NCBI RefSeq assembly: GCF_964204645.1
Contig: NC_134027.1
Location: 6,108,485-6,172,484 of the forward strand
Reading direction: 5' to 3'
DNA from: Tubulanus polymorphus
Lineage: Eukaryota; Animalia; Nemertea
DNA: 64,000 nt
The notes under the pieces were generated by a model. The model saw only the letters and a list, made by a program, of their open reading frames with translations. It was not told the origin of the DNA and made no database searches. Positions 44,601 through 57,790 of this stretch are shown here, one piece after another; position 1 is the stretch's first letter, and every line of letters starts with the position of its first letter. The position numbers and the translations under genes were made by a program.

Positions 44601-46744
44601 CAGTGATCTTTAAGTTTCAATTTGTTTAAGGGAGGAGATAGTGAATTCTGTTCTGTTAATGAATTTTAGTTGCTGTCAATGGATCTACTGAGGAATGCTG
44701 TTCGAAATGAATTATTCCCATCTGCTGAAATGGTAGTTTCTATGAGCAAAGAATTTGGTGTCCCATTAACCAGTGAAGATTTTGAAGGTACTGAAGAGCA
44801 ATTATATCCTATTTAAAGCCTACATTTCCTTGTCAATTTGAAACACTGAAATTTTTGTTATTTCAGATTTACAACCAGTTTCTCACGATGGTAAAGATGC
44901 AATGGATGATCCAAATGGCTGGATGAATAATATTGGTCCGAGTCATGTCCATACACCGATAGATAATTTTAATGATCTGTACGTCACTGCACTTGAGAAA
45001 CGGCTAACTGAAGATGTCAAAGATTTCAAGCAAGAAAATATGGTAATAATTGATTTGCATATAATTCTAATTTTCTTTGAATCAAAGAAGTAGTTTCCAC
45101 TCATGGTATGTTGGACTTCATATTTTGTATATGACAGGAAGAGATTCGGAAGAAGAGTGATGAAAATAGACGGAATAAGAAATGTCCTGTGACGCTGCAT
45201 GCAGATCAACAACCAGCTCATAATTACAGCGTTCAGTCTCTCAATTCAACTGAGCTGGCTAAAGATAAACTTCGTCAACTACTGTCAGAGGTTCGTTGTG
45301 TTTATATCATTTATGATTGATAGTTAAAAAGTAATTAAATGGGAAGAGTTTATGTCATTGTATTCATTCATCAGGATCCAGATCGTAGATATACATACTG
45401 TCAGAAATACCATCATTCAATGACAGTTTTGCCTGTCAATATCGACAAATTACGTAAAGATCAAGAGAATCATTCTCGAGCGAGATGGCAAACACAAAAT
45501 GGTTTTGTGTACCCAGGCGTCAAGTCAACAATTGACAGTAATATACATGCCAAAAAACCTGTCGAACCTCGGACTGATGAACTTAAGATGGTGAGCTACA
45601 ATACCTTAATTTACCCTTACTGGTGAATCTTAACTTATGACACAATTTATGAATTAGGAATTGGTTAATCTTCATATTTCAGCCATGGATTGAAAACTCA
45701 CTTCATACATCGATAATGCAAGCTCCGTTGGATCGTGGTCGTTTCTCGTGGAATTATCGTCACAACGATATGAATTTGTGGCGACGACCGATGGAAAATT
45801 TCGGAAACCAAATTCCCATCACAATCCACGAAGCTGGAGATAAATTAGAACAAGAAAAAATATCAGCTGTCGAAAAGTCCTATCAGGTAATTGTAGGATT
45901 AGATACGATCCATCACATGCTACTACAGATATCATAATTTCAAATTTTCTCATAAAAGGTAGAGTACCTGACTCTTAACGCATGTGTTTATATTTAAGGA
46001 ATGGTTATCTAAGATAATTGTGGACAGTATGGGTACAAAGTCTCATCGATGTCTGCCGGCAACTGAACTTACTCATAAAGGATTTAAATCGAGCAATCAG
46101 TTGGATCGTTTACAGGGGCTTCTTAAAAATGAACCGCAAAAAGTGGCGTTACGTCGGCCAGGAATGAGATTACGAGAAGTGCCACCATTGAGCGTCGTTT
46201 CAAATCCGAGTGTTGATACGGCATCTCGAAATCTCGGATTACGCCTGCCACCGGCATTCAATGCCAATATAGAGAAGACGAAGGGCTTCGCTCCTGGACC
46301 GTTTGCGCATAAAAGCTGGGTTAATGAAAGTAATAAGATACCGATACGATATTATGATCATTCAAAATACGCTGCTTCAAAAGGACATGATTTCAAGTAA
46401 GTAAATCATCTTATATCCCTGTAAATTCTTTGGTCTTTTGTGTAATGATGCAGATAGAATATCAAAATATGATATGAAAAAATCTTATTTCCAGCGTTTA
46501 TCACAAAGAACGAGATGTGTTATCATGGCGACCAATAATCCCTCTGAATGAAGAAGAACGTGACAATCATCTATTCTGGTTGTACAATCAATCAACGAGT
46601 AACACCTGTCCGGAATTGGTGTCTGGTCACGGTATTGATTCAGGATTTGGCTCGAGCGATGCAGCCACTGGTGAATATACACTTGATCCAACTCTAGCTG
46701 TGAGCAGCCATATAGAAAAACAATCAATAGGCTGTGCAGAATAA
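38671..46744 (+). CDS. CFAP92: CFAP92/KIAA1257-like (DUF4550) cilia-associated protein, ~20 exons
   Basis: [15 protein letters not shown]...[30 protein letters not shown]...[15 protein letters not shown]...[24 protein letters not shown]...[15 protein letters not shown]...[14 protein letters not shown]...[17 protein letters not shown] matches KIAA1257/CFAP92 as recalled. Phase-consistent exons run to TAA at 46744. Confidence 0.75.
39596..39609. promoter_or_regulatory. RFX X-box in an intron of the CFAP92-like gene
   Basis: GTTGCCCGGGTAAC; a further X-box-like GTTTCGCTAGCAAC lies at 47883-47896 downstream of the gene. Confidence 0.5.
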
Positions 46745-48563
46745 TTGTTTGTATATTTTGTCTGTACATGTATTTGTGTTATATTACTGCTGAGTATGAC
46801 ATACCTAACATGCAAATTAGCCAAAACTGTTCTACGGTGCCTTTCTAGCCTATGAACGTATAACTCTATTTTTGCCAAATTGTTTTCCCCCTCTGTGCCT
46901 TTGTTTTATGCATATAGAATTATCTAATCCTTGAAGGCATGTTAGGTTACTTTGTTTCATAATTTTCTTTTGATTTAAAAATTGTAAAAACTTGAAAAAA
47001 AATTAAAACTTTTCACATTTACGTGTTAAACGTTTTGTCCGTTTTGACAATCACATTTTAAAAAATTGCCTTCCGTCCTCCGAAGAACCTATGAATCTGC
47101 TGTTTTATCTTTTAAAAAAATTTTTGCCTTTTTTGTCTGCTGTATGCCTTATAGATAGAATAGAAAGTATGTCTTCCATTATCCTCGACTTACCTGTACA
47201 TTATTTATTATACACTGGATACTGTGTGTATACAGTCCGATGTTTTACCAAACCACTCAATTGATCATTATTATAATGTATCTATAATGTTTTTATTACT
47301 ATTTATCTAAGATACAGTAGAATCCTGCCTTCCTTGGTACAATTAGGACAGTAAATATTTCACTCTGATCATTGAAATTGAGTCTTGTGAAATATCAACT
47401 GGTTGTTTTCACTTGTACCATATAAGGAGGGATATACTGTAATGAGTAATGAGATTAGAATAGCCTTCTCTGCTGAAATTAGATAAAGAGAGCTGTGTTT
47501 TGTTATCAATACCAATTGAAATTACTCTTGAGATGTTTATTAACTATTTTTTAAGATGATTATTGCTTCTAGTTCATGTAAATGTATAGTGTATTAAAAT
47601 CTCTATTATATGTATTATTGTCAATTATTGCTATGTATATAAGAATACAATCTGTGATAGAATATACACATCCAATATCTGTGATGCAATGTGTTACATA
47701 CCGTCTATATTTAGGATGCATTAATCTTAATATTCATTAGGGCATTTCAAACCAGTGCTAACGTTTCCTGGTCATAAACAATGATTGAGATTCCGAGAAA
47801 AAATACAGTCAATAGAAAATACTGTGAATAGAATGCGATATAACAGTAATGATAATTTATGTCAATTCTGCTTTTAACCTTGGTTTCGCTAGCAACGTTT
47901 TGAAAGTGTGTTGTTCCAGATACAAATCTATTTGTAGAAGTGTGTTAGATATTTTTAATACTCATTGATATGAATTGTCTACGAATTGTTTGAATAAATT
48001 ATGAATATGTCACATATGAACATTTTGTCTTTGAATAATATTGAGTAATGAATGAATTTTCCACTGATATTATGTAAGTTTTATCAGTTTCAAAACGTAA
48101 CCAAGTTGGACATTAAAAACGACCATCATTTCAAGTCAACTAGGCCAAGTGAAACACCGAGGCAAACTGGTCATAGGCTTCAAAAAGCTTCCTTTGGATT
48201 TAAGAACAACACGATATGAAACTAAATTGCAAAGGATTGGACAGTTGGCTCAGCAAGCTGAAAAGCGTCTGCTTTTGTGGCCCTAAAAACCATTAGACAC
48301 TACCTGATAATCAGATAAATGATAGACTAATAAAGGTTACGAATCATAAACAATTATTCTTTTTAATCAAAACTAAAGATTAACAATAATTTAAAGTCGC
48401 ATTTACAAATTATTACACTCATTACAACTGCACTTGCATGAATTTCACTGACCATCTATGATTTGCAAAAGCTCTATTCAGTCCATTTGAATGTGAAAGC
48501 TATAATTTGAATCTTAATCTATGAAACTGAAAAATCTGAAGTTTTATTCAGAGCAGAGAAATC

Positions 48564-51500
48564 TTAAGATTCACCAGGAGCTTCAATTGGTTCATCGTCA
48601 CTGAAATCCCAAACCTGGAATGAAAAAAGATAAATCAATTGAAGAAAATAGTCTGGATTACAAATGCCCCAAATAACATGAAACAATCACATAAAACTAA
48701 ATCACAGTTTATGTAACCAAACAAAGAGAAACGAAAAATATCTGGAAAACACCGTTTAGGTTCTTCAAGTCACCCCCAGTGTTATAGATGCTTTTCAGTT
48801 CTTTATTGAGCAAACATAGAATTTCATATGTTTTCTTGTGTAAATAAACATATATTTCATCTATACATGTATACATATGTATATTATAACTACTGCCTCA
48901 TGCAATACAAATTCACCTCCTTCCTCAACTTTTAATGAAAGCAGCAGATGTAAATTCAAGAAATATGCACCAGTAAGTTCTCTGCAAAATTTGAATTTAC
49001 AATAAAACTCCGAAATAATCATAGCCCTATAACATACTTCAATATTATCCGATTCCTCTTGTAGCTTTTTCAAACCAGTTAGTTCTTCAAGATAATTCGG
49101 ATCGTTGAATGCTTTTATTAGGAAGTCAAAACCATCAGTTTGGTAAGCATTAAGAACGATTTCACTGCAAGCTGTACAACATTCAAATGCACGACTTGCT
49201 GGTAGCACAGTATGGAAACGAGACAAAAATCCCCTCATCTGAAACGTACAGCATAACTCATTGTGATTGGTAGCACTCAATTAACAACTTCATGATATTT
49301 GCGTTATGGCCTAGTGTTTACTTACTTGATGAGGAACTATGCCTAATGATGAAGCTTGTTCACTGGGCAGGTGCTCATTACAACATCCGGTATCGGCAGG
49401 CGCTTCCCCTCTGAAAACCAGAAATTACCCCGGTATACTGTTGAGCAGCAATCTTTGCCAAAAGTAACAGTTAGATAGAACTTTATAGAATTATGAATAA
49501 AAATCTAAGTGTGCTAGTATATGTTGTGACATAAACATGAAAACATACCCTAGTGGATGTTGTAATACAGAAACAAGTAGTTCCACAGCTAGAGCGCTAA
49601 CCATCATTGAGATACCAGGACGCGAGACTGTACACTGTTGGTCCAAAGTGCGATCTTTCGTAGACTAAAAATATGAAGCAGACATCATGGAACTTTAAAG
49701 TGAAAAGTTTGCTAAACTGAATGATAGGAATGATATGAATGATCCAATGCTCACACTCACATCTCCAGGTGCCACAACATCGTTACAGAAGTAACAGCCC
49801 AATTGATCACCAGTAATTGTATCCAACAATGAATAATCTTTTGGTTTTAGTTTATCCGATTTCAGTCCGTGTCGAATGACTAGGAACGTATCGAACCCTA
49901 AAGCTGCATTCATGACTAGTTTTTGTTTAGATGCTCCCATAACAGTAGGTAACCATCTTGCTTCTCGAGTATCCATCAATAGAAATACTACATCATGTTC
50001 ATCAATAAGTCGTTCTAAGTGAGCCACATCTGCCTTTGTTTGTTCAATAGAATTATCTATACCACGGTAAAAATATAAAGATCTAAATCTACTTCCCTCC
50101 AGTTACAAGAGTTTTAAGTTATATCAGCATGACAAATTACCTGAAATGGCATGTCCAGGCATAGGAATGCTCAAGGTAACACCTGAAGATTTCTGCAAAA
50201 TATTAGCGAAACAGAAGTTATGATCCTACTAGCTGCTGCCAGGGTATGAAGCAGCCGGCTACTTACAACTCCAGGGAAAATTCTACGTAAAGCCTCTGCT
50301 GCAGCCTGCGCTTTTGGTTTACCACCATTTACACAATCCTCGAAAACGAACAATGACTGTCGTACTGGATTCGAATACGATATCTTAGCATTATCTACAA
50401 ACGTAATGGTCCGCACTCCCCAACCCTGCAAAATAGAGAGCATTGAGATGCAGAAAAAATGCATGGAGTTTAAATAGATTTCTTTAAGGCTAGACTCACC
50501 ATTAAATTCCGAGCAACATTGCAACCCAGAGTTCCAGCACCAAGCAGCAGACAACGAGTGTTAGCTATTTTATCCAGATTAAGATCTGGTAACAGGCGCC
50601 ATCTCATCAATTTGAGGTTTAAATCCACTGATGATTCGGCCAATCTATAATTTTACACAACTCGTCAACAATCTGATCTGTCTTAAGAATCTTAACACTA
50701 TTGGATTCAATCACTTACTTAGTAGGATCCATGGATGCGCTCAGGTCAACAGTACGTGGGCCCAGTTTTTGATATTGATTTTTCTCCCAACCAACACAAC
50801 TTGGACATTGTTCAGTTTTGTGCAGTGTTGGAACAAGAATATGTAGAACCAAACTATGCGAGACATCTCTTTTACCATCAGATATCCGATCACGGAAACA
50901 AATCACCTCGACTTCAGTGTCCTCCTGGAACCTTTATCAAAAATATATACCGCTATCCAGTTTTAGTTGACAGATTCATATATTGGAAAATTGAATAATA
51001 TGACAATATATAAAGCTCACCAAAGTTTTCCAGCCAGAGCCAAGAAATTCCTCAAAGGCCATCCAGGATGTTTCTCCAAACAACAGGGATCACAGAAAAC
51101 AAGAATTGGCTGTAAGTACACATGATACAAATCATCTATATAACAAAAAATTCATAAAGCCTATGAATGACACAACCGTACGTATGAAGAATTTGTTGGA
51201 GGCAATTAAAACTTACTTTCATGCCTTGAGATGTTAAAGTCGAATACGCGGTGAGACTAAACAGTTCACTTTTCCCCTCTACATTTTTCAGTAAGAAGAA
51301 TCCATCAGTATTCGTCTGACGAAACTCATCATAACTGATCAAAAAACTTTCCAACTGTATAAAGATGATGGGATAATGAATGAGTCTCTTTCTACTACAC
51401 AAAAATGAACAGTAAGATTATAGTCAATGAACCAGCATACACTGTCATACCTGTGAATTACTGTATTTTTCTGAAAATGTTTTGGTGGGTGAAACATGTT

Positions 51501-52314
51501 TCACTGGTTCAGTCACAAAAGTAGGAAATGTAAACCAATAATGGAATACATATTTCTTCAAATTCTGAAAAACCAATAGTTTTATGAATTTTTTTCAACT
51601 CTGGTTTTCAACCTGTAAAATATTTTCACTGATAAATCGATAGAGAACTTACTGCAAATGTGATCAGGTGGAATTTTACTAATAAAGAAGGATTTTTTTC
51701 AGCATCTCCTGAACATATATCATTCCATAACTGAAAGAATTTACAATATTAAATCATCTCGAAATAGATGATATCATCAAAAGAAGTCATTTGACTTGGT
51801 AAAGATAACTATTGCGTACTTCTTTTCCGTGTTTATCAAGATAGAGTTTTTTATCCAGACTTTTGAATGAGTCGAGAGTATTTGTATTCAGAATTGATCC
51901 ATTTGTTCTAAACAGTCGGGCTGGAGTTTTTGCTTTGCTGCAATAGATGAAATGGAAATGGTACAATATAATGTTCAAACTGAAGTACCGTAGAGGCGGG
52001 AAACCTACTAAAATCTCAGGGACTTGTCACATTCAATGGCGAATGGATAAAACCTGTATGGACTAAAAGGAGTACACACAGACTAAACCATAACCCGGAA
52101 GTCATTATGTTCGTTACCTGTCAAACGCCGAAAAATCTAAGTTTGTTCGACAAGATGAACCAAGGAGACCACCATTAGAGTAAAATCCATGAAGTTCTTG
52201 TTCTTCTTCGGCTAATCCGAACACGTCTAACTTTTTCTGCGATAACGTATGCCAAAATCCGCCGTCTAAAACCGACGAAAAAGGAGCAAACTGTAATTGA
52301 ATGGGCGCCGCCAT
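48564..52314 (-). CDS. ATG7: Ubiquitin-like modifier-activating enzyme ATG7 (autophagy E1); multi-exon
   Basis: [30 protein letters not shown]...NTNTLDSFK...[10 protein letters not shown]...VGWEKNQ...[15 protein letters not shown]...[13 protein letters not shown]...[18 protein letters not shown]...[14 protein letters not shown]...[14 protein letters not shown] (catalytic Cys)...VWDFSDDE; stop at 48566-48564. Confidence 0.97.
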
Positions 52315-52415
52315 CTTGAATAAGGTCACATGACCTGAAAATGGCTTCCGGGTTTATGTCAAACTAGGGGATCTTTTAGAGACGATGAAGGTTGTATAAA
52401 TAACAGTATTTGGCG
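52305..52415. promoter_or_regulatory. Ultra-compact bidirectional promoter ATG7/PPM1H-like
   Basis: 101 bp between the two ATGs. YY1-like AAGATGGCGGC overlaps the ATG7 start, GGTCACATGACC (MiT/TFE M-box/CLEAR-like) lies at 52324-52335, and AAAATGGCTTCCGG (YY1+ETS) at ~52338-52351. Confidence 0.6.
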
Positions 52416-55157
52416 ATGTTTAATCGCATAAAAAACGTTTTTACCAATGTCATTGGAACATCGGGATTGACACTGGCCACAGAAACAACGCTGGGAAACA
52501 ACATTCCTAGCGTGAACTTGGAAGTGAAACAGGCGTACTCTCGACCAGAATTTTTACATCTCTCGCACGATGAGGTAGCTGCATCTTCCGATCACGAAGC
52601 CCGTCTAATTGTAACGCCAAAAGATAACAAATCACTTTGCTGGAATTCCGGTTATGCCGAGTAAGTTGTTTGCCTAATCATGAAATTGCAATCCTAATAC
52701 TTCTAGGCTGTGTTATCTTTTTTGTTGAACCATCGCAATCATTTGATTGATCATGTAATTCACCATGTCTTCCAGAGTGATAAATGCTGGCAAAAGTAAA
52801 GTAAATGAGGACCAAGCAGCATCGGGGACATATGAACTCAAACATGATAATCCAGCTGATCCGAGAGACTATATATTTGCTAGTCCATTTCGAAATAAAC
52901 CTAAAGAGTTAACAGATTTTACATCAGCTCATGTGGTGAGCGGTTAAATGCAACTTTATCTGTTAATATGAAAAGACAGTTTGCGGCATCTTACATTCAA
53001 TCTCAATCTTTGTTTTTAAGGCGGATGAATTTATGCCATTTACATATTTTGGCATTTTTGATGGACATGCTGGCACTGGTGCTGCTTTGATGGCTGCTCA
53101 TACTCTACATCATCATATAGAGGTAGGCCTAGTCTTCAATCGTCTTTCTCTTTCAGACAAAACAGGCTGTTCTGGGAATTGGAATGATTTTGGTTAATTA
53201 CATTTTACCTTATTGCAGGAAAGATTATCTGCTGTGAAATTGCTTTTGCTGGCAAAACATGCCGGTTTGGATGACCACGTTGAACAAAATGAAATGATGA
53301 AATTTGCTCTTCCTCAAAAAGAAGTTACTGTTGATAGCTTGGTGATAGGTGCGCTGGAAGCTGCTTTCAATGCAATGGTAAATAAAACACTATCTATCGT
53401 CCATCATAGATTTTCTGAGAATGATAAATTTCTATACATGTACTTAGAATTTCCAAATTTGAGCCTTCTCATTTCTAGGATGCTCAAATTTTACGAGAAC
53501 GGACAACGTTTCGTATAACTGGAGGTTGCACAGCTTTAGTTGCTGTGTTCATTCTAGGCAAACTCTATGTAGCTAATGCTGGTGATAGCAGGTAAGACAG
53601 GGCTGCTCCTCTTCAAATATATACATTATAGGACATTTGAAGATTCATTGATGTTTGCATTCTTCCAAAATTTCTATAGGGCTGTCATTTGTCGGGCAAG
53701 TTCTAATCAAGTAGTAGAAATGTCCCATGATCACACTCCAGGAACTGAACGTCAAAGACTTCAGAATATAGTAGGTGAATATGTATGTTACACCTTTACC
53801 TTCACATGCGCACACACTAATCCTTCTCTGTGGTTCACATTGATTTCCATTGTGAGATTGTGTTTTTCATTTAGACACATTTATTCTAAGCAATTTCGAT
53901 GTACATGTTTTTTTTATAGTTGAAGATCTAACGCATACCTGTCACATTAATTTTCCCTATTACTTTCTGCATTCCTTCACTATCGAGTATGTTATAGTTT
54001 GTATATGTATTTTCTAGGCAATGCTTCAACCTGATCTGCTTCATGATGAGTTCACTCATCTGGAATTCATGCGGCGACTCAACAAACGTGATCTCGGTAA
54101 AAAAATGCTTCATAGAGACGCTCATATGTCCGGATGGTAAGATCTAGTAGTGATTTATTTTGTTTTCAGTCCTTCCTGAGCCCCTGATAGCAGAAATCAA
54201 GAGCATATAAAACAATATTTTTCAGGGCTTTTAAAACGGTAACTGAAGATGATCTGAAATTTCCACTCATTCATGGTGAAGGAAAAAGGGTATGCAAATC
54301 TTGATTTATATCAGTATCTTCATTACACCATGTATACATCGAGATGCATATGCTATGAGTTTACATCGTGTGTTTATCACAAACATAATATTTTTTCTTC
54401 AGACTAGAGTTCTAGCAACTATTGGTGTAACCCGAGGCTTCGGAGACCATTCATTAACTGTTCATGATTCTGATATTTACATAAAACCATTTCTATCACC
54501 AATGCCTGAGGTAGATACAAAATACAATAGACCTGCTTTTCAAATACTTGTAGTTCTGTATTTATTTGACTTCATGTACCGGTATGTATGTTATTTCTGT
54601 CAGGTTATGGTGTTTGACTTGATGAATGAAGATGTCACGCAGGATGATGTACTTGTAATGGGATGTGATGGATTGTGGGATGTGACGACGCATGAAGAAT
54701 GCATGCAAGTTGTACAGTACTCTTTCAAACAATGCTCCAACACTGAAAATAAGTAAGTAAACATCAAGTAGTGGTGAAATTAGCGTTTAATTGTTATACA
54801 AGTAGACTTTACTATTTAGCTGCTGTGGTTGTGAATAATTCTTTAAACAGGTACATTGTATGATAATGTCAAGAGATAAGTAAGCACCATAACTATTAAA
54901 CTTGAATGTTTATTTTGTATGATTACAGATACATGTTGACTGCGCAGAACCTAGTGATGAATGCAAGAGGGCTTTATAGAGGCAAAGGATGGCGAATCAA
55001 TCCTGATCAAGAAAGACCAGCCTCTGGGGATGACATCTCTGTATTCGTTATTCCCATTCATGCACACAAGATCGAGCACTCACAGAGGCAGAAGGCAACG
55101 GCTAGTTTAGCCACGTATTTCGAGGCTGTGGATGCTGAAAAAGCCAGCGGATCGTGA
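52416..55157 (+). CDS. PPM1H: Protein phosphatase 1H/1J/1M-type (PP2C family); multi-exon
   Basis: MFNRIKNVFTNVIG...YSRPEFLHLS...WNSGYAEVINAGKSKVNEDQA...YFGIFDGHAGTGAAL...LVIGALEAAF...GGCTAL...KLYVANAGDSRA...RVLATIGVTRGFGDH...VLVMGCDGLWDV...ASGDDISVFVIP. Confidence 0.92.
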
Positions 55158-56790
55158 TGATTTCCAAAGATTGGTATGCTAGGTTTACTTTTTTAAGAGA
55201 AGAGTTATCAAATTTGAAGAGAATCTGTTTTTGGCTGATGAGAATTTCTTAGAGACATCCAAGGTGAAATTATAAATTGACCATTTCGTACATTACCATA
55301 AAATGAAAAAGATGTAAACTTTAGCATGTCCATATACTGCCAGATTATCAAAATGTAACCATAGATGAGAAGCATTTCCATAGTCATCCTGATAGTTATT
55401 GTTTAGTGTGCGTGAACTGTGGAGTATTGAATATATACAACAAATTTTGAATGCTGAGTGTTTCATTCTAGATTATAACCTATTTAGTCAATGATATTGA
55501 TATATACTTACACACATGTACCTTTGTCTTTATGTTGTCATTAGAAATGAACCAGTATGATATTTTTGTACAGTACAAAATCTCTACTATTGTTGATACC
55601 ATAGAGTTAAAAATGTAGACATGAAGTTAGTCATATCTTGGAGTAATCATTTGTCAAATGATTACTCCCAAGGTGTTATATTGTAGATGGAGTGGACTAT
55701 GTAGGAGCAGCTGGTTATTCTGAAGAGCTTAGCAATCAATCATATGAAAAAAATAATAACATCATTTGTTCTTTTACTAAATATATCATTATGTTGTTAA
55801 TGGAATTCCTAAAAAATTCATGTTATGTTTTAATTTTGCATTTGAGCATTTCTCAGATTATGACGACATTCCATCAAATGCTGAGGTGTTTTTTTGACTG
55901 TAGTGAACTATGTATTCTGGGGCTGATATGCTAGAAATTTTACAACACTTAGCGTAATGTTCATATTGTCGATGTTTTTGTGCTCACTTTACATATCAAT
56001 TTTAAACCAGAAATAATGTTAACCCTATCAAAGTTATTTTTCAATAAAACTGTTATTTCCATAAAATTTCTTTGTCTTTGTCCTCTAGTTCGGATTGAAA
56101 TTCTTTTTAATCGAAATTTTTGAAGGATTAATAGGGTTGAACGATTCGTTTCCAAACCACTGCAACCACCCGCTAAAGAGCTAACGGAGTATAGGCTACA
56201 ACACTGCCTGTAGACTGGTCGCCTGTCCAATTCTGCGCCACCTGCATTCGCAGTCAGAATAGGTAGATCAATTTTAAGATGTTATTTTCAAGATGATTTC
56301 GTCAGATGTTTATTTTCGCGTAATTTAGAAAAATGACGCTGACGATGCCGACGGTGGATGCGGTTGCTGCGGCATAAAAAAGGATGATAACAATGATGAT
56401 GATGATTATTATTATTTAACCGAGGAGGAAGAACCTGAATTTATTAAAACGCGTTTTCAAATGATTTTAATGAGGTTTAATATTGAATTTAGACAACTGA
56501 GTTTCTTAGGTCATTATTTCTCCCTGCCCTAGTAGAGTTTATAAACAAATTTCCAAAAGGGTTGATTTATGAGGATATTTGGTGGATGTTAGGCTCCCCC
56601 TTCATTCTCCATTCAGATTAGATATTTTTGAAATTTACATTTTTCTAATGGACACTTACGTTTTGTAAAATTTGGTGATTGTTTATTTCACGTATGTTTA
56701 GATATTTCAGTCACGGATTTATTTGGAATTTCAACCTGAATTGAGACAATTAATTCTGAGATATTTTCACCATCTGTAGAACTCTGTTTA

Positions 56791-56943
56791 CAGTGGAACC
56801 TCGTTTTAACAATTTATCAGTTATTGCAAAACTAGAATTTCATTCCAGATAAGACAATATCAATTATTTTCATACTTGATATAACGAATTATAACTAACA
56901 GATTTTCTGGTGCCCTGAAGTTCGTTGCAACGAGGTTCCGCTG
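56791..56943. mobile_element. 153-bp Tc1/mariner-pogo (Tigger-like) MITE with TA target duplication
   Basis: TA|CAGTGGAACCTCGTT ... AACGAGGTTCCGCTG|TA: a 15-bp TIR with one mismatch. Confidence 0.85.
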
Positions 56944-57566
56944 TATAATTTTCTAAATTCAAAGAATATTTTACAGACTTTTCTACATCAATAATTAACC
57001 ACTAAGAAATACTTTCTTTTTATTATTTCAGGTGGTGGGAAAGAAAGGCGAGGCGAGGGTCAATATCGAATGTAGGCTACATGATTTCACCAAGAAACGA
57101 AGATTAGGAACTTAAGGGATTAATTTCACCAGAGACACATTACAACAGCAAGCGTATGAATTTGCACCAGGCAAATTGAAAATTACCACTTTTATTGCAT
57201 TGCACTCAATATTATTATTATCATTTACTGAATGGTTTTTCTTGAGTTTATTTTTCTTCTATCAGAGGACCGGCATCAATGATTACATGATTTTTGTAGG
57301 CTTAAGCAAAATTTAACACTTAATGCGGAAAAAAGTGGCAGGTGGCAGTTTTTCGCGTATTCAACCCGGCGGTGGAACCTTTCATAATGTAAATCCATTC
57401 AACAATAGAGACACAATTGCGGTTTTTCAGAGTTGTTGATATCATTTATACGCGCTATCGAATACGTCACCGGCTGACGACGGTGTACATAAGCATAGGC
57501 CATTCACCTCAGCTTACTCACACTGTGAACATGCTACCGTGGATTCTCCTCCTGGCGATCTTCGCT

Positions 57567-57640
57567 GCGCTCCCGCTCCCGCTCCCGCTCCCGCTCCCGC
57601 TCCCGCTCCCGCTCCCGCTCCTGTTCCTGTTCCTGCTTCC
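57567..57640. repeat. (CGCTCC)n hexanucleotide microsatellite decaying into (TGTTCC)n
   Basis: About 9 perfect cgctcc units, then cctgttcctgttcctgcttcctg. Confidence 0.9.
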
Positions 57641-57790
57641 TGAGGAACGACGTCTTTATGTTTTATGTGTTACTGTTCGTCTCCGTGCTGTCCTGTACTG
57701 TTCCGTTTTAATTAATCGGTTCTTTTTTTCAGGATTTAACCCCTTCTATTTTTCAGGGCCGATTTCTCCGTCGAATTTCAACGTTTGCTG

